From NCBI GenBank assembly GCA_050294405.1, contig JBNKOC010000011.1, positions 32,001 to 96,000 of the forward strand: 64,000 nucleotides of DNA, written 5' to 3'. This DNA comes from Fibrobacteria bacterium (GTDB lineage: Bacteria; Fibrobacterota; Fibrobacteria; UBA11236; JADFYW01). The notes beneath the pieces were generated by a model. It saw only the letters and a program-made list of their open reading frames with translations, was not told the origin of the DNA and made no database searches. Both the position numbers and the translations under genes were made by a program. Below are positions 1 through 10,463 of this stretch, piece by piece (within the stretch, counting starts at the first letter, position 1; each line of letters opens with the position of its first letter).

Positions 1-77
1 AAATTGAATCTGTGCAAATAAACAAGCCAACAGTCCAAGCTAATGTGGAGTTATCAGCCTTTGTCTTTGACCAATAA
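1..77 (+). CDS. 3' end of an upstream gene (partial), probably pilus/T2SS assembly operon
   Basis: Open frame from position 3 (IESVQINKPTVQANVELSAFVFDQ*) ending TAA at 75-77 and overlapping the next gene. Confidence 0.5.
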   Translation, partial: IESVQINKPTVQANVELSAFVFDQ

Positions 78-537
78 TAAATTAAAAAGCAGCCTGGCAG
101 TTTTAACCCTGTTTGTTTGGATAGTGGTTTTTGTGCAGTTGTGGAAAGCCAACCAAACCTTAAATAATGAAAATGGCAATCTTCCTATGGCTAAGTCCCA
201 GGCGGGTTTCGATTTGCAGTTATTAAAATCCAAGCCCATTTCTTTAGATACAAATATGAGGGATCCCTTTGAGTCCTATTTATATGCTGCAGCTCCTAAG
301 CCCGTCATAAAAGAAAATAAGTCTAAGCCCAAAGTGTTGAAAAAAATTGTAACTCCGCCCACCGCAACTCTTGCCGGATTTATGGGAGGAAGCAATCCCA
401 TCGCCATTTTAAAACAGGGAAACGAAACTCAATTGCTAAAAGTTGGCGAAGAAGCCTGGGGTCTTAAAGTAAAAAAAATAAGCAAGTCTCTGGTCCTGGT
501 GGAAAAAGAGGGAAAAGAGTTTGAAATTCGCCCATAA
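43..537 (+). CDS. Putative PilP/GspC-like pilus or T2SS assembly protein
   Basis: N-terminal TM helix, RDPF motif, C-terminal beta domain (AILKQG..LLKVGE); operon with pilins; real start may be TTG at 67. Confidence 0.55.
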   Translation: MWSYQPLSLTNNKLKSSLAVLTLFVWIVVFVQLWKANQTLNNENGNLPMAKSQAGFDLQLLKSKPISLDTNMRDPFESYLYAAAPKPVIKENKSKPKVLKKIVTPPTATLAGFMGGSNPIAILKQGNETQLLKVGEEAWGLKVKKISKSLVLVEKEGKEFEIRP

Positions 538-1984
538 TAGTCCCGGAAAAAGTAGGGGGGCTGCATTACCATATGTGCTGGGGCTTATAATTTTATTAGG
601 GATTTCCCTAAATATTTTATTTCGTGAAAATAACACACAATTGCAATTGACCTACAAGAGAAAGTCCCAGTTGCAATCCAATTTGTTAGCCGAATCCGGT
701 TTAAATTTTGCTCTTTCAAAATACAACTCCTTTAGTTCAAAGGATTCAACTCTAAATTTTGAAACCAGCAAGTTACAATATTGGATAGAGCCGCAAAAAC
801 AGGGATTTGAAATTTTTTCGGAACTAAAGGGCATGTTTGGGTATGTTGAATCCAAAAGCATATTATCCAATAATAAGTCAAGTGATGAAATAACATTAAC
901 AGCATGGGTGGGCCAGGAAGTAAATTGGGAAAAATTTCCGGCTATTTGCTTAACCAACAAACAGGGTAATTTGGTTTTAGCGGGAAACGCCTCTATTGAA
1001 GGCGATGTTTTGCTTTGGCAGGGCAATGTAAGAAAAGCGACATCAAGAAAAGTCCGTTTTAGCGGTGCTACAGGACACAGGGGAAATACCTTGGACAGTA
1101 ATTCTGTTTTATGGAACCATATTTCTGTCTATTTAAACAATATTAACTCCTGGATAAATAACATTGATTTAAATCAAATTCAAAATAAATATTCTTCAGA
1201 TAATAAAAACATTAATTCTGATATCTCCAATACTTCGGATAAATTTCATTTGCAACAGTCTAACTCAGAATCGGTTGATGAGGAGAAAACAAACTTTTCA
1301 GAAAAAGAGAAAACCATTGTGTATGAACACCAACTGATAATAAAGTCTGGAAAGTTGTCTTTTTCATCCAGAGCGAACTACATAAACTCTGAATTTTATG
1401 CAGATACAGTTTTCATTGAAGATGGCGCTAAATTGAAAAATTGTCTGGTTTTTGCAAAAACCCAAATTAACCTAAGTGGAAATGTAAATTTGTCCGGGCA
1501 ATATATAGCCCGGGACTCTATTAAAATAAAAGGGAATTTAAGCCAAACCAGTTTTCCTGTTTTTTATGTGAAAGGCAGGATAGAAGTTAAAGACAAGGAT
1601 ACCAGCTATGTTGGTGGCCTTATGGTGGAAGAATGTTCCGGGAACGGAATTTTTATTTTTGCCGGGGAAAATCGCAGAACTGTGGATAGTAAGGAACATA
1701 TTGTTATAGACCACAATTCAAAAATAAAGGGCATTGTTTATGCTATGGGGAATGTGAATTTTCAAGGTGCTTTGTCGGGGAGTCTTGTGGCCGAAAATTT
1801 AAGATTTCAAAAAGAGGGAACAACATACTTGGGTCATTTATATAATGGGAAAATTAGCTTTTGGAAAAGTGAGGAAATTGAAAATAAAAATGCGGCATTA
1901 ATTGCCCCCTTATTATTTTCTCCCAAATTAAAAGCTGTTTATTTTAATAAAAGTCGCAAAGAGAAAAAGGAGCTTTCGGGGTGA
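521..1984 (+). CDS. PilX/GspK-like minor pilin with large C-terminal beta-rich domain
   Basis: SRG-AALPYVLGLIILL prepilin-like cleavage site without Glu5, LLAESGL motif. Confidence 0.6.
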   Translation: MKFAHNSPGKSRGAALPYVLGLIILLGISLNILFRENNTQLQLTYKRKSQLQSNLLAESGLNFALSKYNSFSSKDSTLNFETSKLQYWIEPQKQGFEIFSELKGMFGYVESKSILSNNKSSDEITLTAWVGQEVNWEKFPAICLTNKQGNLVLAGNASIEGDVLLWQGNVRKATSRKVRFSGATGHRGNTLDSNSVLWNHISVYLNNINSWINNIDLNQIQNKYSSDNKNINSDISNTSDKFHLQQSNSESVDEEKTNFSEKEKTIVYEHQLIIKSGKLSFSSRANYINSEFYADTVFIEDGAKLKNCLVFAKTQINLSGNVNLSGQYIARDSIKIKGNLSQTSFPVFYVKGRIEVKDKDTSYVGGLMVEECSGNGIFIFAGENRRTVDSKEHIVIDHNSKIKGIVYAMGNVNFQGALSGSLVAENLRFQKEGTTYLGHLYNGKISFWKSEEIENKNAALIAPLLFSPKLKAVYFNKSRKEKKELSG

Positions 1985-2334
1985 AGCGACAAAAAGGTTT
2001 TACCCTAATAGAAGTTCTGGTAGCTTTGGCTATTGCCACAGCCATTTTATCCCCCATGACATTATGGTTTTACAACACAGGGGTAAATAGGCTGGCATGG
2101 CAGCAGCATCAGGGAATTCAATTGTGCCGCCTTTTCTTAAACCGGGCGTATTTAGAAGGTTGGGAACACTCAAAAGAAGTTTTAGACCCAATTTTAGGCG
2201 ATTATCAGCTTAGAATAGAAGTCAAAAAAATCTCAAATGAAATTCAATATTATTCCCAGTTAAAAACAAAATCGGGTAAAGAAATTTGCCAATTAAATAT
2301 TAGCCGCTTTATGCCTGATTTGAATGAAAAATAA
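1981..2334 (+). CDS. Prepilin-type N-terminal cleavage/methylation protein (minor pilin/pseudopilin)
   Basis: KG-FTLIEVLVALAI type IV pilin N-terminus. Confidence 0.85.
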   Translation: MKRQKGFTLIEVLVALAIATAILSPMTLWFYNTGVNRLAWQQHQGIQLCRLFLNRAYLEGWEHSKEVLDPILGDYQLRIEVKKISNEIQYYSQLKTKSGKEICQLNISRFMPDLNEK

Positions 2335-2803
2335 CTCAAATTTGATGTTTATGAACTTCGAAATAAAGATAAAGAAAAATAACAAGGGGTATACGTTAAT
2401 CGAATTAATGATAGCTCTCGGGTTAATTGGAATTGTTTTGGCATTAAGCAGTAGCTATTTCTTAAGCGCAAATTCGCAATTTTTGAATAGAATGAAAGGT
2501 AGCGATAATTATAAGCAACAAGTTCTACTGCAAATTGAAATGGATAAGGCGCTTCGAAGGGAAATTCAAGATTGTAACTTTGGTAATCTTAAATTTACCG
2601 ATGATTCCCCAAATTTTTTGTCTAATTTAAAGGGAAAATATCCCCAAATTAAAGAACTTAAATTTTATTGCTACGAGTTGAATTTAGACAAAGAAAAGCT
2701 CCAGACCTGGAAACTCTTGCCTCAGCCGGAATTGGTAGAGTACAATGTTAGCTGGAATTATAATGGAAAAGATATACAATTAGTAGGATCTGTTTTAAAA
2801 TAA
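2324..2803 (+). CDS. Prepilin-type N-terminal cleavage/methylation protein (minor pilin/pseudopilin)
   Basis: KG-YTLIELMIALGL motif; start may be the ATG at 2351. Confidence 0.85.
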   Translation: MKNNSNLMFMNFEIKIKKNNKGYTLIELMIALGLIGIVLALSSSYFLSANSQFLNRMKGSDNYKQQVLLQIEMDKALRREIQDCNFGNLKFTDDSPNFLSNLKGKYPQIKELKFYCYELNLDKEKLQTWKLLPQPELVEYNVSWNYNGKDIQLVGSVLK

Positions 2804-2813
2804 AAAAAGTCGA

Positions 2814-3776
2814 CTAACTTTTTTTAATTGCGTTTTCTATAGAGAAAAAATCCTCAAATATTAAGGCAGATATTTGGTTTAGATCGCTTTGTAAATTATC
2901 TAAAAATTCGTGCATTCCCTGGCTAAAAACATCATTGATGTCGGAATACTCTAATTTAGATTTGAGCATTCCCAATTGTTTTTCTGATTTTAAAAGGAAG
3001 CCTGTTTGGGTATTAGTGATTTTGTTTAAGTATTCTTCCGCATGTTGCAGGCAGCGTCCAATAGCTCGTGGAAAATCGTAATCGAAAATTAAAAATTCAG
3101 CAATATTGCTCGCACTTAATTTTCCGTATTTTTTCCTATACATATCATAGGCGCTTACAGATTTTAAAAGCGCCGCCCATTGGATTAAATCTAACGGGGA
3201 GCCGACATCGCTTTGATCCGGCAATAGGATATGATACTTTACATCTAAAACTCGAGATGTTTTATCCGCGCGTTCTAAAAGCTTTCCCACATTTCCAAAG
3301 TGCCAGCTATCGCTTCTGGAAAGGGTATCGTTAAAAATGCCATAAAGAAGTTGGCAGCCAACTTTTATATCAATAAAAAAGCTTCTGGGATCTTTCTTTT
3401 TCCAGTATTTTCCCTCTACGCCTTTTTTTACCAGATAATAAAGGGCGTTAATTTGCTCCCAAACTTCCCTGGTAATTTCCGGGCGAATGGCTCGGGCGTT
3501 TTCCCGGGCATTGACCAAACAATTATATATGGAATTGGGGTTTTTACTGTCAAAGCCCATAAAAAAGATGGCCCTGGATTTTTCTACTTTACCGTAAAGT
3601 TTTTGATAGAGTCCAAAATCACCTGTGGTTACTATCAAGGGTTTCCACTGTTCAGGAAGATCCGGGGGCATTTCAAGTAAAAGGTTAAAATTAACATCCA
3701 TAAATCGGGCATAGTTTTCGGCCCGTTCTATGTATCGGTACATCCAATAGGTGGCATCGGCTACTCTGCTTAGCAT
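2814..3776 (-). CDS. Alpha-E domain protein (DUF403)
   Basis: MLSRVA..YW..RYIERAEN.AR and LERADKT.R.LDVKY ER motifs; coupled to ATP-grasp gene. Confidence 0.9.
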   Translation of the reverse strand: MLSRVADATYWMYRYIERAENYARFMDVNFNLLLEMPPDLPEQWKPLIVTTGDFGLYQKLYGKVEKSRAIFFMGFDSKNPNSIYNCLVNARENARAIRPEITREVWEQINALYYLVKKGVEGKYWKKKDPRSFFIDIKVGCQLLYGIFNDTLSRSDSWHFGNVGKLLERADKTSRVLDVKYHILLPDQSDVGSPLDLIQWAALLKSVSAYDMYRKKYGKLSASNIAEFLIFDYDFPRAIGRCLQHAEEYLNKITNTQTGFLLKSEKQLGMLKSKLEYSDINDVFSQGMHEFLDNLQSDLNQISALIFEDFFSIENAIKKS

Positions 3777-5221
3777 CAGAGGGGCCCTCCCAAAACCCAG
3801 GTGTCTTTACTGCCTCCACCTTGGGATGAATTGACCACTAAAGAGCCTTTTTTAAGGGCTACGCGCGTTAAGGCTCCGGGAATGATTTTAATTTCATTGC
3901 CATATAAAATATAAGGCCGCAAATCCACATGCCGCCCTTCTATTCCTTCTCCAATAAGGGTCGGAACGCGAGATAGGTTGATAACGGGTTGGGCGATATA
4001 TTTTCTGGGAGAAGCCTTTACTTTTTTTGCAAAATCAGCACATTCCTTGGCTGTTGATTTGGGGCCAATTAGCATTCCGTAGCCGCCAGAACCATCTGTT
4101 TCTTTCACCACTAATTTACGGATGTTTTCCAAAACGAATTTTAAATCTTCTTTTTCTGCGCAAATGTATGTCTTTACGTTTTGGAGCAGCATTTCTTCAC
4201 CCAGGTAATATTTAATAATACGGGGCAAGTAAGCGTAAACGGCTTTGTCATCGGCGACTCCGGTTCCAGGAGCGTTTACCAAAGTTACATTGCCTTTAAG
4301 ATAGGCTTCAAAAATTCCAGGAGTTCCCAATAAAGAATCTTTCCGGAAAACTAAGGGGTCCAAAAATATATCGTCTACCCGGCGATAAATAACATCTACA
4401 CGAGACAAGCCACTTGTGGTTACCATATAAACAATATCGTCTTTAACCACCAGGTCACGACCTTCCACAAGTTCAGCTCCCATTTGCTGGGCCAAATAGG
4501 AATGTTCGTAATATGCTGAATTATATATGCCCGGAGTAAGAACGGCCAGCTTGGGTTTGTCGCGTTTGGAGAGTGACTCCATCATATCTCTAAGATGATG
4601 GGAATAATCGTAAACGGGGCGCACATTTAGTTTCTCAAAGATTTCGGGAAAAGTCCTTTTTAAAATCTCTCGATTTTCAAGCATATAGGATACACCGGAT
4701 GGACAACGCAAGTTGTCTTCTAACACATAAAACTCACCGTCGGCACCGCGGATTAAATCGGTACCTGTTATATGGCTCCAAATGTTCTTGGGAGGATTTA
4801 AACCAATACATTGTTTTAAGAAATTGGGACTCGAAAGAATCAAATCTTTTGGGATGATTTTATCTTTTAATATTTTTTGCTCGTTATATACATCGTGGAT
4901 AAATAAATTTAAGGCATTAATCCTTTGAGAAAGCCCTTTCTCTATAAAATTCCAATCTGTGGCAGGGATGATTCGAGGAATAATGTCAAGTGGTAAAATC
5001 CGCTCAATACCCTGGTTATCACTGTAAACATTAAAGGTCATTCCAAGGGATAGTTGCGCCCTGTCTGTGGCGTGTTGGAGAGAGTGCAATTTTTTCCAAC
5101 TTAATTTTTCGAGCCTGGCTTTAAATGCGGAATAATAATTGCGGCAATTTCCGGCTTCATCCATCATTTCATCATAAAAGCCCTTAGTGCTGTAATTGTT
5201 GAATTTTACCTTTTCCAACAT
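3776..5221 (-). CDS. Circularly permuted type 2 ATP-grasp protein
   Basis: VLEDNLRCPSGVSY, DVIYRRVDD, NAPGTGVADDK, VVNSSQGGGSKDTWV. Confidence 0.92.
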   Translation of the reverse strand: MLEKVKFNNYSTKGFYDEMMDEAGNCRNYYSAFKARLEKLSWKKLHSLQHATDRAQLSLGMTFNVYSDNQGIERILPLDIIPRIIPATDWNFIEKGLSQRINALNLFIHDVYNEQKILKDKIIPKDLILSSPNFLKQCIGLNPPKNIWSHITGTDLIRGADGEFYVLEDNLRCPSGVSYMLENREILKRTFPEIFEKLNVRPVYDYSHHLRDMMESLSKRDKPKLAVLTPGIYNSAYYEHSYLAQQMGAELVEGRDLVVKDDIVYMVTTSGLSRVDVIYRRVDDIFLDPLVFRKDSLLGTPGIFEAYLKGNVTLVNAPGTGVADDKAVYAYLPRIIKYYLGEEMLLQNVKTYICAEKEDLKFVLENIRKLVVKETDGSGGYGMLIGPKSTAKECADFAKKVKASPRKYIAQPVINLSRVPTLIGEGIEGRHVDLRPYILYGNEIKIIPGALTRVALKKGSLVVNSSQGGGSKDTWVLGGPL

Positions 5222-5403
5222 ATTTAAAAATTAAAAAAACAATGGAGAGTGGGCCAAAAAAAAATAAAATTCAGGGAAATTATGGTTGGCGAAAACCCTT
5301 ATTAGTTGAATTATGGTTATTAAGATAATATACTTCAATTACATTCCAGGTTTGTCTTATTGAATGATAGGTTTCAATCACAATTGAAATTAGGAGTATA
5401 ACT

Positions 5404-7002
5404 TTGGGCTTGATTTTTAAAATATCCATTTTTTTAAGCTATTTACTCTCAATTTCAACTTTTGCCACTAATTATAATGTGGGTCCTCAGGCTGATTTTG
5501 CTTCCATCCAAGCTGTTGTCGACCTTCTAAACCCTGGAGATACTGTTTTCGTGGCCGGTAATAATAGCTATCCTGCAGACATATATATAGATCGAAGCGG
5601 AAGCGAAAATAATTGGATAGTCATAAAAGGAATTATTCCTGACGGGGGCGCCAGGCCTGTTATAACTGGCGAGGGAAATTATGGCATTAACATTTCAGCA
5701 GATTTTGTTGTTGTTGAGGGTTTTCAGGTTTCGGATATGCCTAAAGGAATAGGCGTATTTGGGAATAATATTTTAGTAAGAGGAAGTATTATTAATGGTT
5801 GCAATCACGGACTTATTGGTTACGGGACAGGAACGGGTAATGTTACGGTGGAGTATTGTGAGTTTTATGGAAATGGAGTGCCTACGGGTGGAGCTACGCA
5901 ACATCAGATTTATATGGCCACAGATGAGGAATCTTATCCGGGAGCTATTTTTAGATTGCAGTTTAGTTATCTGCACGATGCGGTTGAAGGGGATAATGTT
6001 AAGTCCAGATCCGAGAGAAATGAAATTTATTACAATTGGATTGAAAATGCCGGTTCAAGTGGACACGGGCTGGGTTTGTTTGCTCCTGACCCTGAAGATA
6101 ACGCCAACGTGGAGATTAACACAGCGAGAGAAGATGCTGATGTTGTGGGAAATGTTATTATTCAGGCTCGAAATTCCTGCGCCAGAATAGGTGGGGATGC
6201 TCCTGGTTATCCAACCGATGGGCGGTATCGTTTTGTAAACAATACATTTGTTTTAACGGGAAACAGGGGAGATGTGATCCGTACCTTTAACCGCTTGGAA
6301 ACATTGGAAATGTATAATAACATAATGTATGCGCTTCCGGAAGCTGGAGACTTTCGTGTGTTAAATGATGCAGACGGTGATTGGGTTCATAGCCCTCGAA
6401 GTGTTTTGGGTAGCCACAACTGGATTAAAAATGGGTTTACCAATATCCCATCAGATACAGAATTTTTAAATTCTCTACAAAGCGCAAATTCTCCATTTGC
6501 AAATGCCCAGTCCTTTGATTTTTATCCAGCCGTGGGTAATGAAATTGTTAATGCAGGCGCAGCCCAAACTCCTGGCTTTAGTGAATACCCTTTGGAAAAT
6601 GTACTGTTTCCGCCTGTGTATCATCCTCCAGAGAGAGGCCTTCCAGAGCTTGGCTCAGCCCAATTGCGAATAGCTAAAGCTACTTTAGACCTTGGAGCTT
6701 TTGAAGCTAAAGAAGGAATGGGAGTGAAGACCAGAAAAAATGCCAAAAAGATTGTTCCCAAAATTGTTTCAGAGGAAGATAAAATTCAGTTGCTGTATTA
6801 TGTTAGGCAGCCAGAAAAAATTGAAATTTCAATAATTTCTTTAAATGGAGAGCTTAATAGAAAATTTGAAATTTTAACACAAAAAACAGGAATTAATCAA
6901 TTCCAGATTCCCAAGAAGGGGTTGGGTACAGGGGTATATATGTTACAGATAGCTGCAAATGATGGTGTTCAGTTTGCCAAAGTTATACTAATTCAAAAAT
7001 AA
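5404..7002 (+). CDS. Secreted right-handed beta-helix protein with C-terminal sorting-like domain
   Basis: Signal peptide, SIQAVVD..NPGDTV, repeated beta-helix strands, DLGAFE, GVYML-type tail. Confidence 0.7.
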   Translation: MGLIFKISIFLSYLLSISTFATNYNVGPQADFASIQAVVDLLNPGDTVFVAGNNSYPADIYIDRSGSENNWIVIKGIIPDGGARPVITGEGNYGINISADFVVVEGFQVSDMPKGIGVFGNNILVRGSIINGCNHGLIGYGTGTGNVTVEYCEFYGNGVPTGGATQHQIYMATDEESYPGAIFRLQFSYLHDAVEGDNVKSRSERNEIYYNWIENAGSSGHGLGLFAPDPEDNANVEINTAREDADVVGNVIIQARNSCARIGGDAPGYPTDGRYRFVNNTFVLTGNRGDVIRTFNRLETLEMYNNIMYALPEAGDFRVLNDADGDWVHSPRSVLGSHNWIKNGFTNIPSDTEFLNSLQSANSPFANAQSFDFYPAVGNEIVNAGAAQTPGFSEYPLENVLFPPVYHPPERGLPELGSAQLRIAKATLDLGAFEAKEGMGVKTRKNAKKIVPKIVSEEDKIQLLYYVRQPEKIEISIISLNGELNRKFEILTQKTGINQFQIPKKGLGTGVYMLQIAANDGVQFAKVILIQK

Positions 7003-8166
7003 CTTAAAAACATTGCTCAAACCATCGGCATTAATTTCTAAAAAATAGATTCCAGGCTTTATTTCTGGTGCAAGGTAAATTTCCCCATTGGTCTTGTTAT
7101 ACGTTGATATAATTTCCCCGTTTAAATTATGTAGTCGAGTCTTAATAGATTTTGGTTTAGGAGCAGATATTAAGATTTTCCTTCCAGACTGATGGAGTTT
7201 TATTTTTGCAAGGTTATCTTGTGAAGGTGAAGCGCTATTAAGTATCCAGCAACTTCCATCATCGATTCTGGCATCGGGATCGTAATGCTCTGAATTTGGA
7301 TCGGTACATCCATTTTGATAGTCTCCGGCAACATAACGAAGGTTTTCCCAGTAAAGTTTCATAATCAGGCTGTCATTGTATTCAAAAAATCTCCCGTAGC
7401 CATGACCAATATCATTAAATAGTACGCGACCTTTTCCTGAAATATCCACATCTTGCCTGGCCCAAATGTAGGTGTGGTCACCACCATCATCCATTACAGG
7501 TAAAACATCGGGAGCCCCTTCAGCTGTGGCAATAACAGTAACACCATCTAAATTTCGGACAGACTTGGAAAAAGATTCCCAAGTATCTCGAAAAGAAAAT
7601 TTTTCGGGCATATTTTCAGTCATCCATTTTAGTTCGTGATGATTGGTTGCTTCTTCATCTCTATTAATTGAGGCAGTCCCGATTCCATGCCTGGATGTCC
7701 GTGTCCCTAATATTTCTAAAAATTCAGGCCAAGGATATTCTTCACTATCTGCCGTTCCATGAATAATAAGCCACCCACCACCTTGTTTGAGGTAATTTAA
7801 GGCGGCCTCTTGGAAATTACTATCAATAAGCGCTCTGCCGACTTGGGTGTTATTATTCCAAATAATTGCCTCAAATTGCTCAAGGTTTTTTAGTCTAAAT
7901 ATTTTTTTGATTTCTAAAGAATCTGTTGTTTCAGTGATTTCCTCTATTTCAAATCCTTTTTGGGCTGATAAAATTTTAAATGCTTCGGTTACATACTTTA
8001 GCCCATCTACATGTGCCCAACCACCTGAAACACTGTATATCAAAACCTTCTTTACTTTAGTTTCAGATTCCGGGGGCTTTTCTTGAGCAAAAACATTTAC
8101 AAACAAAGAACTAATGCAGCAGATATAGATACATTTTAAGAAAGCACTTTCTACCTTAGATTTCAT
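6988..8166 (-). CDS. Secreted ThuA-domain protein with C-terminal sorting-like domain
   Basis: KVLIYS..GWAH, GGGWLIIHG, GRVLFNDIGH; GCTDP..YDPDA..DDGSC linker; PGIYFLEI tail. Confidence 0.75.
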   Translation of the reverse strand: MKSKVESAFLKCIYICCISSLFVNVFAQEKPPESETKVKKVLIYSVSGGWAHVDGLKYVTEAFKILSAQKGFEIEEITETTDSLEIKKIFRLKNLEQFEAIIWNNNTQVGRALIDSNFQEAALNYLKQGGGWLIIHGTADSEEYPWPEFLEILGTRTSRHGIGTASINRDEEATNHHELKWMTENMPEKFSFRDTWESFSKSVRNLDGVTVIATAEGAPDVLPVMDDGGDHTYIWARQDVDISGKGRVLFNDIGHGYGRFFEYNDSLIMKLYWENLRYVAGDYQNGCTDPNSEHYDPDARIDDGSCWILNSASPSQDNLAKIKLHQSGRKILISAPKPKSIKTRLHNLNGEIISTYNKTNGEIYLAPEIKPGIYFLEINADGLSNVFKLFLN

Positions 8167-8370
8167 AAAATTTTCCCACTGAACTTTTAGAATGCCAAGT
8201 CATTAGCAAAGATAATATGAAATCTGAAATTCAGGTTGTTTTATTTCTAAATTTCACGATTATCTACCAATAATTTGCTTAAAAAGTTGGTTGCACAACT
8301 CCTCCGCCAATCCGTCCAACTTTGGTAAGGAATTTATTTCCTTTTTTAATACTAGAGATGGAGGAAAATT

Positions 8371-9615
8371 ATGTATAAAAAAATATCTGCCTTTGCAGGT
8401 GGAACATTGCTTACGTTTACCGGATGTTTGTTCACAGAACAATCTACTTCGCCAGGCCCGGAAAATTTCGAACCCGTTCAATACGGAGAATTTACCAAGT
8501 GCGGTGAATTTGAATTGATTCAGGATGGGAAAAAAACTACTCAAAATGAAATGTATCGTTTTTCTGTCATGAATCAGGAAATTGATGAAGAGCCGGATTG
8601 GGCCGAATATTGGGCAGCTCCAAAGGTTGCCGATTGCCAATCAGCCCGACAATACACTCAAAAAAGAAACGAATATTTTGGGATAGATTCAAAAACCTAC
8701 GACGTGGTTTCCAGTGAAAATGGAGCGCTATTAAAACCAGCTACTCAGGTAGCAATATATGGGGGCAGTGCCTCAAAAGTTACCGCTGTAGGACAAATAA
8801 CAACAAATGATCATATTGCTACTGCCACATTTATAGAGAAAAGAGCTTTTTTAACAACTGCAGCTACTATTGTGAATAGCAGTAACCCCTGGGTTCAACC
8901 AAATCCGCAATCTGGAGTACTGGATAAGTTAACTATTTACGATAACGGCAAGAATAATGATTGGTATGGAGTAAAATATAAGGCTTGGGTTCACCATCAT
9001 TATGCTGGCTTTGGGGACTGGTCAGATGACATTGCAATAGTCAAAGTTGATAAATACACTGGGTATAATCTGGATAAGGATATTGTCGGGTTTAATCAAA
9101 TCCAAAATAGTTATTCAGATAATGAAGTGATGGCTATTATCACAACAGATTGGTCCGATAACGATATAAAGAAAGTTTTCGATCGGTGGAATTTTAATGT
9201 GCAAATAAGGGGTTGGGGGGCTACCTGTAATACCTGTGGAGCTTCTGATAAACTCAAATATTTTGATACATACATACATAGTACAGAAACAGGTACTTTT
9301 AAAACGGTTCATGGAGATTTACATACAAAAGCAACCCCTGTAGGATCGAAATTTGTGGATTCCAAAACATGCAAGGGAGATAGCGGTGGCCCAGTATCTT
9401 TAAAAAAAGAGAGTTTTGGCTTGGATGAATTGGTGGCAGTGGGTATGACTGTTGGACACCAGGGTGAGAATAGATGTCAGCCAGATAGAGGGTATACCTG
9501 GCACACTAGTTTGTATAAAAAAGCAAGCTGGATAAAAGATATTATGGATAATAACATTACGGATGACTGCTATTACGAGTCATCTAAAGGTCTTCGCTTT
9601 TTAAAATGTAAATAG
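8371..9615 (+). CDS. Trypsin-like (S1) serine protease-fold lipoprotein, probably catalytically altered
   Basis: Lipobox FTGC, IYGG, DDIAIV, CKGDSGGP; no His in the LTAAHC position. Confidence 0.75.
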   Translation: MYKKISAFAGGTLLTFTGCLFTEQSTSPGPENFEPVQYGEFTKCGEFELIQDGKKTTQNEMYRFSVMNQEIDEEPDWAEYWAAPKVADCQSARQYTQKRNEYFGIDSKTYDVVSSENGALLKPATQVAIYGGSASKVTAVGQITTNDHIATATFIEKRAFLTTAATIVNSSNPWVQPNPQSGVLDKLTIYDNGKNNDWYGVKYKAWVHHHYAGFGDWSDDIAIVKVDKYTGYNLDKDIVGFNQIQNSYSDNEVMAIITTDWSDNDIKKVFDRWNFNVQIRGWGATCNTCGASDKLKYFDTYIHSTETGTFKTVHGDLHTKATPVGSKFVDSKTCKGDSGGPVSLKKESFGLDELVAVGMTVGHQGENRCQPDRGYTWHTSLYKKASWIKDIMDNNITDDCYYESSKGLRFLKCK

Positions 9616-9651
9616 GGCTACATTGTAGAGCGAAGAAGGCTTCATAGCCTG

Positions 9652-9680
9652 GGGGAGGGTAAAACCTCCCTTTTTTATTT
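9652..9680 (+). terminator. Rho-independent terminator between convergent protease and lexA genes
   Basis: GGGAGG-GTAAAA-CCTCCC followed by a T tract. Confidence 0.7.
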
Positions 9681-9700
9681 TATGAAAACCGTCTGCTTTA

Positions 9701-10351
9701 TTACCGCATCTGACGCATGACCCCAATGACCCTTCCGGCAATGCGAAAGTCTGGGGTGCGCTCATCCACAATAATGGCACGAAAGGCCTCGTTAGCAGGT
9801 TCGAGGCGAACCCGGGTTCCATCGGGATGGTAATATTTAACGGTGGCCTCGTCTCCAATAATGGCCACCACAATTTGACCTTTATCGGCAGTGGCTTGCT
9901 GGCGGGCAAAAACCAAGTCTCCATCGAAAATACCCGCATTTTTCATGCTTTCGCCGCGGACCCTAAGTGCCATTACGTTTTTTTGACGCATAAGGAAATC
10001 TCTGTCTACAAAAACAGTGCCTTCGAGATTTTCCACAGCTAAAATAGGGGAGCCAGCGGCAATACGGCCCACAATGGGCACTTCAATTAAATTATCCGGT
10101 TGAGAAGCGGAAGCGTGGGGAACAGGGGGCTTTTCCACCAAATCAATGCCTCTGGATACTTTTGGAGTACGCTGAATGTAATTTTTTTTGATTAACGCAG
10201 ATAAAATGCTGCGAACCCCATTGGTGGAGCTAATGTTGAAAGTTTCGCCAATTTCGCGAACTGTGGGAGGCCGGCCTTGTTTTTCCAGTGATTCTTTAAT
10301 GAATTCGTAAACTTCGGCCTGTCGGTCTGTTAAAGTGGTAACGGGTGACAT
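9701..10351 (-). CDS. lexA: SOS repressor LexA
   Basis: LTDRQ..PPTVREI w[11 protein letters not shown] cleavage site, GESM (Ser) and ATVK (Lys). Confidence 0.97.
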   Translation of the reverse strand: MSPVTTLTDRQAEVYEFIKESLEKQGRPPTVREIGETFNISSTNGVRSILSALIKKNYIQRTPKVSRGIDLVEKPPVPHASASQPDNLIEVPIVGRIAAGSPILAVENLEGTVFVDRDFLMRQKNVMALRVRGESMKNAGIFDGDLVFARQQATADKGQIVVAIIGDEATVKYYHPDGTRVRLEPANEAFRAIIVDERTPDFRIAGRVIGVMRQMR

Positions 10352-10384
10352 AAGTGCCTCACTAATAAAAAGATAGCTTAAATA

Positions 10385-10420
10385 TACTGCTCATTAGTTC
10401 AGTTGTCAAGATGTGCAGTA
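10385..10420. promoter_or_regulatory. Putative tandem LexA operators
   Basis: TGCTC-ATTA-GTTCA (10388-10401) and TGTCA-AGAT-GTGCA (10404-10417) resemble the Fibrobacter TGCNC-N4-GTGCA box; outer inverted repeat TACTGCTCA/TGTGCAGTA. Confidence 0.65.
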
Positions 10421-10463
10421 CTTTTTAATTGCTTGATGCCAAATCTTTTTGTATCTTGATAGT

